DNA of 63,176 bases, filler included, from Octopus bimaculoides (GCF_001194135.2; 4 parts of 4 records of this genome joined end to end with filler, not necessarily neighbours in it); one strand, 5' to 3'; counted from the whole stretch's first letter, positions 1-14,029 are shown. Numbers and translations: made by a program. The notes: generated from the letters alone by a model not told the origin.

Positions 1-197
1 CCCCTACCCACATACCCCTACCTCTACCCCCACCCTCAGCCTAACCCACACTCCACCTATGCCTTCCCCACCTCCCAACACCCTCACATCACACCACGCA
101 CACACTACAACTTACCAACTTTCTCCCATCCCCATTTTCACACATGCATACGTCAAGATCACCAGCATTCTCTCTCTCTCACACACATACACACACA

Positions 198-490
198 CAC
201 ACAGCTCCTTGTCTTCGATCACCGTTCTTTCTCCCCCTTTGTTATCTTCCCCTTTTCTTAGCTCTCCTGTGTAAACTTTCTAACTTCCGGTTAACAGAAG
301 CCATGACAGTAGTCATGATAGATCGTTGACCAAACAGCATTCAATTTTTTTTCTCCGTGTTTTTCTCCTTATTTTCTCCGTATTCTTTCTGTTGAAGAGC
401 GTAGCTCGAAACGTTAAAGACTTTCCGTATTCCCGAGCGTCATACTAATACATCCTTTTGTTGTTTACACCACCTGTCCTCGTCTGTTGT
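198..490 (+). mobile_element. Dispersed repeat with hammerhead-like motif (putative Penelope-like element terminal repeat), copy 1
   Basis: Homologous to 11400-11680 (shared ttcttagctctcctgtgt, catgatagatcg.tgacca, tgaagagcgtag(g)ctcgaaacgt, ttgttgtttacaccacctgtc). Truncated by an N gap at 491. Confidence 0.6.
384..420 (+). ncRNA. Minimal type-I hammerhead-like motif (A6>T core variant)
   Basis: TCTTT-CTGTTGA-A-GAGC(GTA)GCTC-GAAA-CG-T-T-AAAGA: 5-bp stem I, 4-bp stem II, palindromic ACGT stem III; core differs from CUGANGA at one position. Confidence 0.55.
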
Positions 491-537
491 NNNNNNNNNN
501 TATATATATATATATATGTGTGTGTACATATATTTGG

Positions 538-753
538 CGGTGGGGTGTGCTGAAAAGTTCCTAGTTTTAAGGGTGTCGTGAAAGGCCTGGCTGGAGGCCA
601 GCCTTCCGAGTTCTTTTACTGTGTTTAGAAAAAACTCAAGGACCGCTGCAATAAGCGTGTGAACCCTAGAAGGGGAATATGTTGACTGAAATCATAACTG
701 ATCCTCCTGTGTTTTCTTTTACCCAACGCTAGGAACTTTTCAGCGCCCCATCG
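538..753 (+). mobile_element. Mariner-derived MITE, copy 1
   Basis: Terminal inverted repeats (gtggggtgtgctgaaaagttcctag / ctaggaacttttcagcgccccatcg), TA at the right flank. Interior retains a mariner C-terminal-like remnant (EKLKDRCNKRVN...GEYV, across a frameshift). Homologous to 56832-57017. Confidence 0.75.
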
Positions 754-1047
754 TATGTATATATATATACATCCATTAGTATGTATATGAATGCACACAT
801 ACACACATACATATATATGCAAAATTGTTGATATACAGTCCCACTTTCTAACACGCGTATATATAATGGCGAATTTGTGTATAAGCTCATGTGTTCGTGT
901 GTATGTGAATGTATTTGAAATGAGCTGGAAGATACGGTATACTGTGTAAATTCTCCGTGTATTCTCACAAATTAAACGCATGCGCACATGCACGCATATA
1001 CATAACACGTTTGCAAAAGATTGTGGCTATGATCGGGTGCCGCCATT

Positions 1048-1065
1048 GTATCTATAGATAAATAG

Positions 1066-1135
<70 letters not shown>

Positions 1136-1150
1136 TTGTCTGTCTGTCTA
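1048..1150. repeat. (TATC)n/(TGTC)n microsatellite
   Basis: Direct reading of tandem tetranucleotides. Confidence 0.95.
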
Positions 1151-2029
1151 TACATACATACATGCATGCGTACTTACACAGACAGACACACATTATTATG
1201 TATTAATTCCATTTGGGTTATAACCTCGGAGTTTATTTTATAATGCCCGTCGACGGCTATCCGCTGTCGTCGAATACTATCATCCAACGAAGATGTATCA
1301 ATCCATTGATGGTATATCTGAAAATCCGTGACTATCCGTTGTGTTCACATAATTATTAACACGGAAAATGGAGCGAGCAACTCATTTTCAATAATTTTTT
1401 CATCGATGCTTTTCCAGAAGTTTATTGCTAGAATATTATTAAATAATACATGAAATGATACACCAAATCAGTATTATTCCGGCACTACTGGAAAATATGA
1501 AAATATCGACTCTTCAGGTCTATGCATAAATCGAATATGTATGTGTATCAACTACGATCATATGTTGGTTCTCTATAAGCTCAAATAAGACACCCATTCA
1601 AAAACGTTTCCAATACTCAGGACAATGTACTGCTGTTATGCGCACAAATATTTTAGACTACAATAAGAAGACAGCCATCGGATTGATTGGCAAATACTCA
1701 CTCGCCAATACTCATAGCAACTTCTGGCTCATAGACGTATTGTCTCACTTTATCTCTGTCCACTCTATCCTAGAATAATGGATTCTGCTCTTCTGAAACA
1801 GCTTGCTACTCACCATATTTACTTCGGCCAAACAGACAAAATCACCTACTCTCTTCTTGTTACTTATACAGTGTCTCGTCCCTCAAGCCTCCACTGGAAG
1901 TCGTCACTCTAAACACGAAGATTTTATGAGGTTAAAACTAACGATAAGTGACGACAACTGACAGCACTTGACGACTTCCCGGCAACTAATGATGACTGAC
2001 ATAAACCGATAACTTAATTACAATCGAAG

Positions 2030-2570
2030 GCAACTGAAGACAACCTACAATAGCTGACGATAAGCAGACAGCAGTCAACGATACTCGATTTTAATCGACG
2101 ACAGTCAACGACAACCAACGATGTCCTACGGTAGCTGACAAAAGCAGACAGTAGTCAACGAAATTCGATGATAACCAATGACGGCCGACAACATATAATG
2201 ACAACTTGATAACTGACAAAAGCAAATGACTGTCAACGACACTTGATAATCAATGACAGCCCACGACAACCAGCGACTACCTGATAACTGACAAAAGCAG
2301 AGACAGTCAACAACACTGGATGATAATCAATGACAGCCAACGTCAAGCAATGACAACTAACGGTAAGGGACGAAAGCAGACGACAGTCAACAACCCTAGA
2401 TGATAATCGATGACAGCGAAAAACAGCCCACGACAACAAACGATAATTGACGAAAGCAAACGACAGTCAACGACGTTCAACGATAATCAATGACAGCCAA
2501 CGGCAACTAAACGACAACCTACGATAGCTGACCACAACCATCGACAACCAGCTTCAGCAGTCCATAACAG
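2030..2570. repeat. Degenerate minisatellite, ~78-80 bp period, ~7 units
   Basis: Motif ctgac(a/g)aaagcag...acagtcaac...gataatcaatgacagcc recurs near 2054, 2135, 2213, 2288, 2367, 2447 and 2529. Confidence 0.8.
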
Positions 2571-3597
2571 ACGACAACTTGCTTGTATTAATTGAAAATA
2601 CAGGAAAAAATATATATAAATAAAACAGATCAAAATAAAATTGCCGAAAATACTGCAAATAAAATAAAAAGACACCCCGATGTTTAGGAAAGATCAATCA
2701 ATCAATTAATCAATAAAAATAAATCAACGAATAAAATCAACTAATACACACATCCCACACATACATCCATACCTGCATACACACCGGTGCACGCATGCGC
2801 ACACGGATACACCTATGTGTATACGTGTGTATAAACACAAAGTAAAGTTTAAAAGACAAAATATAAATGGAATTAAATGGCTGCTATATTTTATTAGAAC
2901 TACAGTAGAGAGTTGATGAAATGATCTTTAACCTAAAAAAAACCCCAAATAAACAAACAAAAAACTCAACAAAAAACAAAGACATAAAATTCAATGATAT
3001 CATTCATGAAACAAAACAACTAGCGACATCTGGTCTAAGTTTTTCTAATCACTGTAAACCAAGCTGAAGTTGATAATTACCTGTTATTGGTTTGCTTTAT
3101 TTTTTATCACCCGCGTGCGTGTGTATGTGTGTACGTGTGTGTGTGCGCGCGCGTGTGTATTTCTGTGTGTGTGTGAGTGTGTATGAATCTGTCTCCTTGT
3201 CTCTGTCTCTGTCTCTGTCTTTCTCTCTCTTTAAGTGTCTCTCCCTTTCTCTCCTCGAAAAACGACCACAGACTACTCCTCCCCCTTCATCCCCACAACA
3301 AATCATGTTCACCAATTCTATTTATGCTATTGAGTTTTGTGTTTGGCTTCAAGGAACTTTCTCGGTGGTTTGGCTTCTCAGAAATGTTTTTCTAAAATTT
3401 CTGGGTTTGCTTCATGTTGTGGTGTGCGTGCGCACAACTACCACCGCACCCGCACGCACACACACGCACACACACACACTCTCTATCTCTCCCTTTCGCT
3501 TTCTCTCTCTCTCATATATACTCATATACTTACACACACATGCACACACACATGCACACACACATGTATGCCTATATTTATCCAGATGAATATACAT

Positions 3598-3630
<33 letters not shown>

Positions 3631-4584
3631 GCCTGATATATATGTATATGCGCATGTACACACATTTTTTATATATATAAAAATCTATTGAGAATAATAT
3701 ATACACACACACACATATGTTTGTGTGTATGTATGTAAGAATGTTATGTATGTATATATATACACGCACACACTCACACACATGCATATATATACACACA
3801 CCCAGCACACACATTAAAGCATCATGCACGTATATATGTGTACATACATTTAAGATGCTTTAAGCTATGCTCATAATGTTCATTATGCAAAAATTTTAAT
3901 TAATCAGTTAATATTATGAATTGATGAAATCACCCGGGGTGAAGTTTCCATTCCAATGTCTGATTTCGAGTTTTTCCAGCAAACTGGTTTTTCATTGTTA
4001 TGCTTTATTAGCCAACATACATTGTCACCGTCATTGAAACCAGCGTGCGCACCGACACACGTCGTCCTCAGTTCCACATTACAAACAACAAACAACCAAG
4101 TAGTTATAAACACACACACACACACATGAATATACATAATNNNNNNNNNNNNNNNNNNNNNNNNNNNNNNNNNNNNNNNNNNNNNNNNNNNNNNNNNNNN
4201 NNNNNNNNNNNNNNNNNNNNNNNNNNNNNNNNNNNNNNNNNNNNNNNNNNNNNNNNNNNNNNNNNNNNNNNNNNNNNNNNNNNNNNNNNNNNNNNNNNNN
4301 NNNNNNNNNNNNNNNNNNNNNNNNNNNNNNNNNNNNNNNNNNNNNNNNNNNNNNNNNNNNNNNNNNNNNNNNNNNNNNNNNNNNNNNNNNNNNNNNNNNN
4401 NNNNNNNNNNNNNNNNNNNNNNNNNNNNNNTATATATGTATATCCAAAATATATTTACTTTCGTATATGTCATTTGCATAATGTTACAAGATTAACGTCC
4501 CGATATTGATTATAAGAGTACCAATATAATGTTTAGGATATGAATACTTAATTATATGGAATGACAAATTTATATTGGTCGTTG

Positions 4585-4762
4585 GAAAGAATCGCAGGAC
4601 GGTTTCTTAAAGAATGAAACCAAAGGTAGACCTAGAACGAAATGGCTGGATAATATCCATAGTCTCAGTTGGTCACGCTTGGGAACCCAGACGGAAAGGG
4701 TTATGGTAGTTGCTTTTGATAGGACCCTGTGAAGGCTGCGCTTGACCACTCTACTGCCATAA
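4585..4762 (+). pseudogene. RTE-clade (Expander/Rex3-like) LINE ORF2 C-terminal remnant
   Basis: Translates to ...KGRPRTKWLDNIHSLSWSRLG...VAFDRTL*R...LLP*, matching the RTE C-terminal GRPRTRW.D.I..L.WSRLG...A.DR..(W/F)R...LLP pattern. Confidence 0.6.
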
Positions 4763-5545
4763 TCATCTAGGAATAGTTGGCAAAGATAGGGAGATACATG
4801 GATATTTAGATAGCTTAATCCGCCTAGGTTTAACCCATTACCTCCCATAATTCTATTAACTGGAATTTTTTTTATGAAACTTTGATTTCTAGCATAAAAC
4901 AGCCTTAGAAACACGCTGGAATGATCAAAATATTTCAAAATAACATTTTAAATAGAAATAAGCGAGATATTGGGGGAAAAATTAGCAAACCTCATTTGAA
5001 TATCAGAGAAATATACCTAGTAGAGACAGCAAAAAGGTTAGATATGTGTAAATATTGACAGATAATTACGAAATTTGTAATTTTTAAGTGATCTCATATG
5101 AGATCACTGGTAGGTAATGTACAATCAACTCCTTCAAGCGGCCGCAAGTCGGATGCGTTTCACAATGTCAAATCAGGAATTTTTGTCTTNNNNNNNNNNN
5201 NNNNNNNNNNNNNNNNNNNNNNNNNNNNNNNNNNNNNNNNNNNNNNNNNNNNNNNNNNNNNNNNNNNNNNNNNNNNNNNNNNNNNNNNNNNNNNNNNNNN
5301 NNNNNNNNNNNNNNNNNNNNNNNNNNNNNNNNNNNNNNNNNNNNNNNNNNNNNNNNNNNNNNNNNNNNNNNNNNNNNNNNNNNNNNNNNNNNNNNNNNNN
5401 NNNNNNNNNNNNNNNNNNNNNNNNNNNNNNNNNNNNNNNNNNNNNNNNNNNNNNNNNNNNNNNNNNNNNNNNNNNNNNNNNNNNNNNNNNNNNNNNNNNN
5501 NNNNNNNNNNNNNNNNNNNNNNNNNNNNNNNNNNNNNNNNNNNNN

Positions 5546-5591
<46 letters not shown>

Positions 5592-5766
5592 ATGCAAAAT
5601 GGTCACCACAATCAAGAAAAACAGCAAACAGGCAAAATACCCACCCCCGGTACGGAGAGCTAATGACGAAAAAATACCGAAAAAGTACCCTGTTGAGGCC
5701 TTACAAATGGAATAAGTACACTTAAAATCCGACTTAGTGTTGGTTTGGACGTCTGGTCTCGTAGGT

Positions 5767-5819
5767 CTGGATGCGACTGATGAGGCCTATCTAAACCAGG
5801 GAACTTCTCCCGCATCTAG
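5767..5819 (+). ncRNA. Degenerate type-I hammerhead-like motif
   Basis: CTGGATGCG(A)-CTGATGA-GG-CCT...AGG-GAAC-TTC-TC-(C)CGCATCTAG: 9-bp stem I (one G-U pair) and intact CTGATGA; GAAA and stem III are decayed. Confidence 0.45.
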
Positions 5820-6403
5820 GGCACGTGCAGCACTAGAATTACTTTTGGATAGTTCTAGTTGTGTGGAGTGAACGCTTCTCAGTAGCAGTAATTGCTTTGT
5901 GAAACTGATTGCCCAGTTGTCCCTCTTTGGGCAAGCAAAACCAGGAGACCACCAAAATGTCAACGCCTTTTAGAGCTAAATTTGAATGTCCGATCGCTTT
6001 CGTTCTATCCCATTCGCATGGTTGTATTATGGTTTTATTTAACTGCATTTCATTATCAGAGTATTGCATATAATTTGATTTGTTTACTTACTTTTAATAT
6101 TTAAAATTTTTATTTTCTGATTCATTGTAAGTCACCTTATTGCTTATATGAGAAGAATTCTACGTCAAAATCCGGTTCCTCACGTAGACGAGTAACAAAC
6201 TACAAATACGAAAATGTAGTCTAATTGAAATAAGCAAAACGGAGATGAAAAAGAGAGGTACCTTTTGACAAATCCGGATCTAAAAAGCACAGCAACTGTC
6301 TGTATAGCATCTCACCCGCGATGCACCGGTGCACAATGGGTTGAAACGATCGTAGTGAAGAATCTCGTGAATTCCATTTTCTTTCTCTCATATTATGTGC
6401 ATG

Positions 6404-6620
6404 TCTTTGTGTCTGTGTTCGTCCCCTACCACCGCTTGACAACCGGTGTTGGTGTGTTTACGTCCTCGTAACTTAGTTGCTCGACAAAAGATCGATAGAA
6501 TAAGTACAAGGCTAAAAAATAAAGTACTGGGGTCGATTTATTCGACTAAAAATTCTACGAGGTGGTGCCCCAGCATAGCCACAGTCTAATAACTGAACCA
6601 AGTAAAAGATAAAAGATAAA
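6404..6620 (+). mobile_element. SINE family B, 3' half only
   Basis: Matches the 3' half of full copies at 45830-46215 and 56364-56790 (gcttgacaaccg.tg.tggtgtgtttacgtcc.cgtaacttag...actgaa.caagtaaaaga). Confidence 0.8.
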
Positions 6621-7573
6621 GAAACACTGAAGATGGTCACATGTGTAACCGAAATTTCGATTAATTTTCCTTTCTTGTCATTTTCCCATAGCATAAGGGA
6701 ATGTATCTCATTCAGCTTCTTTTATTGATGCGATTCGTTTGTTAGAAAGCAGGAGCACTACTCAAAGTGTACCCACATTCACAAAGACATATATACGCAC
6801 TCGCATATATAAACCTGCGCACATGCACACATACGTATATACACCCGTACACATACATACACTACACAGATACTCACACAAATCTGTTGTTATGCAGAAT
6901 ATTACACCTATGATAATAGGAACAAATGAAAACCTATTCAATGGGTTTAAGAGCAGTAGGTTGAATATATATATATATATGTATGTGTGTGCATGTGTGT
7001 GCATGTGTGTGCATGTGTGTGTGTGTATATGCATGTATGCTTTCATCTATGTATGTATGTGTGTATGTATGTATGTATGTATGCCATTATTCAGTTTTAT
7101 TTCTAGATTTCTTGCCAATAGAGAAAGAGCCGGTTTCTAACCTAGATCTAAGGTTCATTCGTTGAAGATTCAATAACATCAACAGAGTATTTCTGCTTGT
7201 ATGTGTGTATGTATGAATATTTGGAGTCAGTGCGTGTGCAGATTTGTGATTTGTTTTATGTATGTATTCTCATGCTTGTAGTTGTATGTATGTATGTATT
7301 ATGTATGTTTGTATATACATGTGTATGTGATACATATGTATGACACATATTTGTTCTAAGAATTGCATGTGTGTGTGTGTGTATGCGTGTGTGTATGTGT
7401 GTACATGTGGGCGTGTGTGTGTGAGTATGTGTGTGTATATGATTGTATTTGAATATATGTACACAAGTATGTTAGTGCCATGGTATGTTTAGGAGTGTTT
7501 GTATAGCCATACATGCGCGTGTGTATGTGAATGTGAATAAGTGTATGAGTGTGTGTGCATTTGTGTACGCGTA

Positions 7574-7628
<55 letters not shown>

Positions 7629-7809
7629 NNNNNNNNNNNNNNNNNNNNNNNNNNNNNNNNNNNNNNNNNNNNNNNNNNNNNNNNNNNNNNNNNNNNNNNN
7701 NNNNNNNNNNNNNNNNNNNNNNNNNNNNNNNNNNNNNNNNNNNNNNNNNNNNNNNNNNNNNNNNNNNNNNNNNNNNNNNNNNNACACACACACACACACA
7801 CACACACAT

Positions 7810-7851
<42 letters not shown>

Positions 7852-7958
7852 TTGCATATGTTTATGTATGTACATATTTGCTTCTAAGATTATTTGTGCA
7901 TACACATGAATAAACTTAGGTACGTGTGTGTGTTTGTGTGTGTGTAGGAGAGCGAGAG

Positions 7959-7960
<2 letters not shown>

Positions 7961-8033
<73 letters not shown>

Positions 8034-8035
8034 GA
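7961..8035. repeat. (GA)n microsatellite
   Basis: Direct reading. Confidence 0.95.
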
Positions 8036-8419
8036 ATGAGAAAGAAATAGAGTATGAAAAAGAGAAAGAAAGTGAGAGAGATACAAAATGGAAATATAAA
8101 CGTGTGCGAAATTTTGCTTTATTGAAGTGTGCAGAAAGCAGTTAAGTTATAAAAACGGCCAGGTTTGCTCCTCCTCATTTTTCCTTCGAAATTTTGTCTC
8201 TCGAAGGGAAAAAATATATATTTTGTAGAAAATATTAGATTCTCGACCATTTATTTGAATGAGAAAATTTCTATTTTGTTTGTTAGTTAATAATGATTTT
8301 ATTTTCTTTGATAATTCTTTTTATATACTTTGATATTTAGGTTTTGACTGGAGTATTTTTTAAAAACCTTTTCTTATTTTATAATTTCATTTTATATGGA
8401 CGAGTTGTTGTTGCAGCTC

Positions 8420-8450
<31 letters not shown>

Positions 8451-9205
8451 TTGTTGTTACCAGGTTGACATTTTTTCCTTCGTTCGTCAATTGAAAGCTT
8501 TAGAAAAAAAGAAAAAGAAAGCGAAAGAAAGAAAAAAAAAACTAAGATGTAAGAACATCGAGAAGGCCATAAATAAATAAACACGCCCCGTCTCCCCTGA
8601 AAATGCTGAACGGAACTGTGCAGTGATGTTTACACCTACGGAAGGAAGAAGGGGAAAATATATGCAAACGCATGTGTGCATACATGATGTGAATGCATGT
8701 ATGCATGCATGTATGCATGTATGTATGTAGTCATGCATTCGTGAGTAGGTGAATGTATAGGTATTCATATGTAAATGTATGTGCTTAAGAGAAAATATGT
8801 AAGTGTTCGTAAGTGTATAGGCATGCGTATACGTGTACGTATACGGATATAAAGTGTGTATTTGAAAAAGAGAGAGAGAGAGAGAGAGGGCGAGAGAGTG
8901 AGAAAGACAGAATCAAATAGAGAAAGAAATAGAGAAAGTAAGAAAGAGAGAGTGTGTGTTTTGTATGTGCAACCTTAACATATATTTTCTTTCTCACAAA
9001 ATATCTTTCTGCAAAAGGTTCAATGTTCGCGAATGCAGATATGTGCACACACACACACACACTTGAGGAATAATATATGCATGTTTATCCATATGTCTTT
9101 ATACACATTTATGTAACAAATAAAGCATACATGCGTACGTATTTATGTGTATACATATATACATATATACATACACACATATGTATATGTGTACGTATAT
9201 ATATT

Positions 9206-9292
<87 letters not shown>

Positions 9293-10564
9293 TAAAACAA
9301 GAAAGCTTCTATACATAACATTGTAAAATGAAAAAAATTAGCTTCAATCATAAAAAAATTAGCTTTAATGAAAACAAATTAGTACTGATAAAAATTATTC
9401 GAAAAAAAGGAAAAGGAAGGGAACTTTATTGGTCGAAATTAATGCATATGTTAATTAGGTCGTTTCTAAACCAATCTAATGTTTGCTCATTGACGTACTG
9501 GATAAATATAGCCAATCCATCGTTACTATATAGGCCTCTATCTATGGTGGTTACTTTCCTTTTAAAAGTATCTGAGATATACAGACATCGAGGGATAAAA
9601 ACCGACTCCATACTAATGTCCAATGAAACGATGAATTTTGCTTTTTTAAAACAAAAAACGTAGGGTCGTACTTGAAGAGCAAAATTTCTTCTTCATCTTA
9701 CGAACGTATAGAGCAAACTTATGATTATTTTCCAGAAACGTGTGTAGTTCTTTAAAGTTACTCCGTAAAACTGTAAATTAAACATATAAACAAATTATTT
9801 TATTAAAAGCGCCTTCAAACGAAACACTACGCGGTCTCTCAACTGCGAGAAGTAGTAGTCAGATCTTCCTCAAACTATACCATACCGTTTTGAGCCAACT
9901 AAAAAGCTTATACACAATTGCTTGACTTGCTAGAAATAGCAGTTAGATATTATCCAATTTACGTCTAACTAGGTTATACATGATCTTTGGTCTTGTTTGA
10001 AATAGCAGCAAATAATACTCCATCATCTTGAACCATGGAGGGAATGAATCCACGGTTTCTTGCCTGCTAAAGCGCGGTCGTTTCCTTTCAAATCATCATA
10101 CTTTGCTTCTTAAAAAAGGACACAGTAAGTTGGATAGAAACGGGATGGTCACAGCCTGATATTCTGGCTGAACTGGGGTTAAAGAACAGCAATGACAACA
10201 ACCATTTTATTGTTTATAAATTAATACAAAATTAATACAGGAAAATAAAAGTTCTATGTATATATGTATATGTATATATATATGTATAAGCATATACGAA
10301 TCTTTGTATGATTATATATGCTTATATGTAAATGTTTGTAAAAACGTGTGCATATATGTATGTATTATTTGATTATTTCTGTGTGTGTGTGTGTGTGTGT
10401 GTGTGAACGGTTTTCTCATCATTGTTTTCTCAGCTACATATTCTATCGTACGTCTGACTTCCAATCCATGCCAAACAATCGTAGCAGTAAGAACTGAACT
10501 AAATCTTATCAGCAAGACACGAGATTAAAAAAAAACAACACCACACACACACACACACACAAGC

Positions 10565-10595
<31 letters not shown>

Positions 10596-10983
10596 TGTAT
10601 GTATGTATGCATGTATGTATGTATGTGTGTATATGTATATATATACATGAAAATAGCATGGATATTGAGGATATGCCCATTTGCCCCAAGGTTTTTGGCA
10701 ACACACCATAGGTGTCCGAACGGCCTCAGTTTCTGCCTCGTTAACCATCGTCAGGCTCAGAGGTTCTGTTTAACGTTGTCTATCTAACCAAGTTGGTTAT
10801 CGTAGCTTACAGCTACATAAGCTGATGCTGAATTGTCATTCATTTAAACATATTTTCACATCAGCGCAGCAGGGGAACTAAATAATTTTACATAACCGAG
10901 ATGACGAGAACTTGGGAGTTTAGCGAGAAGAAGACAGCAAGATCTTCCTCCTCTCCCGCTCTCTGCCTTTCTCTCTCTCCATC

Positions 10984-11014
<31 letters not shown>

Positions 11015-11399
11015 AAAAAGCAGCAAAAATATCACAAAAACTGTTTCTCAGAGTTTCACGTTCCCGTTCGTCGGACAGTTTCGTTTAGAGTAGAACAAGA
11101 ATAAGTTTATATGCATAAATATATAATATGTTTGGTAGATACACATTTGAAAGTGGTTTTGTCTCATTGGTCCTTTCAGCTAACAGTCTTTTCAATAACC
11201 GGTTGCATGCAATAACAAATGGCGGTTTAAAATCATATTATTATAAAAATCGAAGGGAACCTTAAATCAAAGCTAGCTTATGAAGACGGAAAAAGGCCTG
11301 AATACCCAGGGTAAATAATTTAGCTGTAAAATATTAATAAATTAATAAATTATCCGTTAAAAAAAATTTTTTCACCTTGTTTCTCATTTCTGTGCTTCA

Positions 11400-11680
11400 C
11401 ACACAGGCAGCTTCTCGTTTTGGGTTCACCACTTCTTTGTTATCTCCCCTTTTTCTTAGCTCTCCTGTGTGTTACTTCTGTCCGGCATTCGCCATGATAG
11501 ATCGCTGACCACTACATTTATATTTTTTCTCTCCTTGTTTCTCTCTTTGTTTCTTTCTGTGTTCCTTTCAATTGAAGAGCGTAGGCTCGAAACGTCAAAG
11601 ACTTTCTCTATTGCCGAGTGTTAAACTAATACATTCATTTGTTGTTTACACCACCTGTCTTCATCTGTTGTTTTTTTTCG
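11400..11680 (+). mobile_element. Dispersed repeat with hammerhead-like motif, copy 2
   Basis: Homologous to 198-490. Motif CTTT-CAATTGA-A-GAGC(GTAG)GCTC-GAAA-CG-T-C-AAAG at 11565-11600. Confidence 0.6.
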
Positions 11681-11690
11681 TAAATTCTCC

Positions 11691-11728
<38 letters not shown>

Positions 11729-11914
11729 AATATCTCCTCTTTCCTTCTGAATCTATCTCATTATATTTACACCCTATATTTGATTGTCTTGCTGTTTATT
11801 CTGTGAACAACCTTAGTGGAGCAAGCATACGATCAAACGCATTTCATCCGTGACCATACTATCTTATTTTCCAAACGTAGAATGTCTAACTCTAAGATAA
11901 TAGTATGTCCTTAG

Positions 11915-12126
11915 GGCGGCGACCTGGCAGAATCGTTAGCACGCTGGGCAAAATGCATAGCGGCGTTTCGTCCGCCTTTACGCTCTGAGTTCAAATTCCG
12001 CCGAGTCCTACTTTGCTTTTCATCTTTTCGGGATCGATAGAATAAGTACCAGTTGCATACTGGGGTCGATGTAATCGACTCATTCTCTTCTCCGAACTTA
12101 CTGGCTTTGTGCCAAAATTTGAAATC
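11915..12126 (+). mobile_element. tRNA-headed SINE family A (short tail subtype)
   Basis: ggcggcgacctggcagaatcgttagc head, B-box gagttcaaattcc, central tttgcttttcatcttttcgggatcgatagaataagtaccag, tail ...ggctttgtgccaaaatttgaaa. Confidence 0.85.
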
Positions 12127-12136
12127 TATCTATCTA

Positions 12137-12175
<39 letters not shown>

Positions 12176-12869
12176 GTACATAGATCACTAGATAGATAGA
12201 GATATAGAGATTGGTAGACAAAGAGTGAGAGAGAGAGGGAGATAGATTAGTAACGGTATGGAATTCTGTTTTCTTTCCATTTCAGAAACATGCAGCTTTC
12301 AATTGCACTTCTCTGTAGAAACTATAGCAACCGTGGAAAATATAGAGTGAAATAGAAGAATGACGAGGAAGGAAAGCACTCCTAACTAAACCAAACTATA
12401 GCAGACCTGACCATACCTAACCAGAAATGAACGCCAAACAGCAGTGATGACTGATTTTTAGTGCTGGTAGTCGTGGTTATGGCTGTATCGGATATGATGG
12501 CGTTGGACAAAGAGGAATTTTTCGTGAGAAAGCAAACAATATTGTAGGAAGTTCCTGAGTGAAAAGGTGGATCGGTGGCAGTAAAATAAAGTGTCTAAGC
12601 TGTCTTGCTGCAGCAATTTCTTGTTTTTTTTGTTTTTTTTTTGGTGGGTGGGTGAAATAACAAAGCAATAGATTTCATATCTTGACGTTGGTGTCGAAGA
12701 AGAAGAAAAATAAATGAGGAAATAACACACGTATACACACACGCAAGCGCACACATACGCACACACATATACACACACACAAACGCACAAAATCAAATCA
12801 AAGAACATACAGACACACCCGTACAAAAAATAATGGAAACAAATTAGAATGGAGTAAAAAAATGTAAAA

Positions 12870-13430
<561 letters not shown>

Positions 13431-13476
13431 GAAAACTGATTGAATCTTGAGATTTAGTTCTACTGTTTGCAAATTA

Positions 13477-13517
<41 letters not shown>

Positions 13518-14029
13518 AGCTCTCTCTGTTTATTACTCATTTTGTCATGCTGTCATTTTGTTAGTCGGTTGTGTCTGTTTTCTTTTTTTCCTTCTTTCCT
13601 TTTGTTCTTTACATCAAATTCCTTTCAGTCAATTTCCTCCCCCCCCGCTTTGCAACTCCAACCTCTATATATTTAAAAGGCGTGAGAGGTTACAGTGATG
13701 GAATTAAAGTAACAGTGCTTCCTGCTTTTCCTGTTTGTTACATAAAAGACAAAAGAACAAAAAAAAAGCACAAAAAATAAAAACAAAACATAATAGATTT
13801 AGGAGAGCGGTAGCTGCATACGCGATGTCATCCCCGCCATAGAATCGACTGTTGACAACTCACAAAATCGAGTGATAGGCACTAGACAGGAAGAATATGA
13901 GGTTTTAATAGAAGCTAACACCCGTTTCTCTATTTTGACAAGCCACTGGGATTGCAGCTCGGTACAATAAGTAGCAGGTCTTTGCCGGCCAGCTTATATC
14001 ACTGGATGGAGTTGCCCGTTCTTTTATCT

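Noticed and set aside
10721-10770. Minus-strand CTGACGA...GAAAC spacing like a hammerhead
   Set aside because: No stem I or stem II complementarity and no UH site.
12417-12594. Candidate minus-strand exon with AG|GTATGG donor
   Set aside because: The upstream acceptor context is A-rich with no polypyrimidine tract, and no recognisable protein results.
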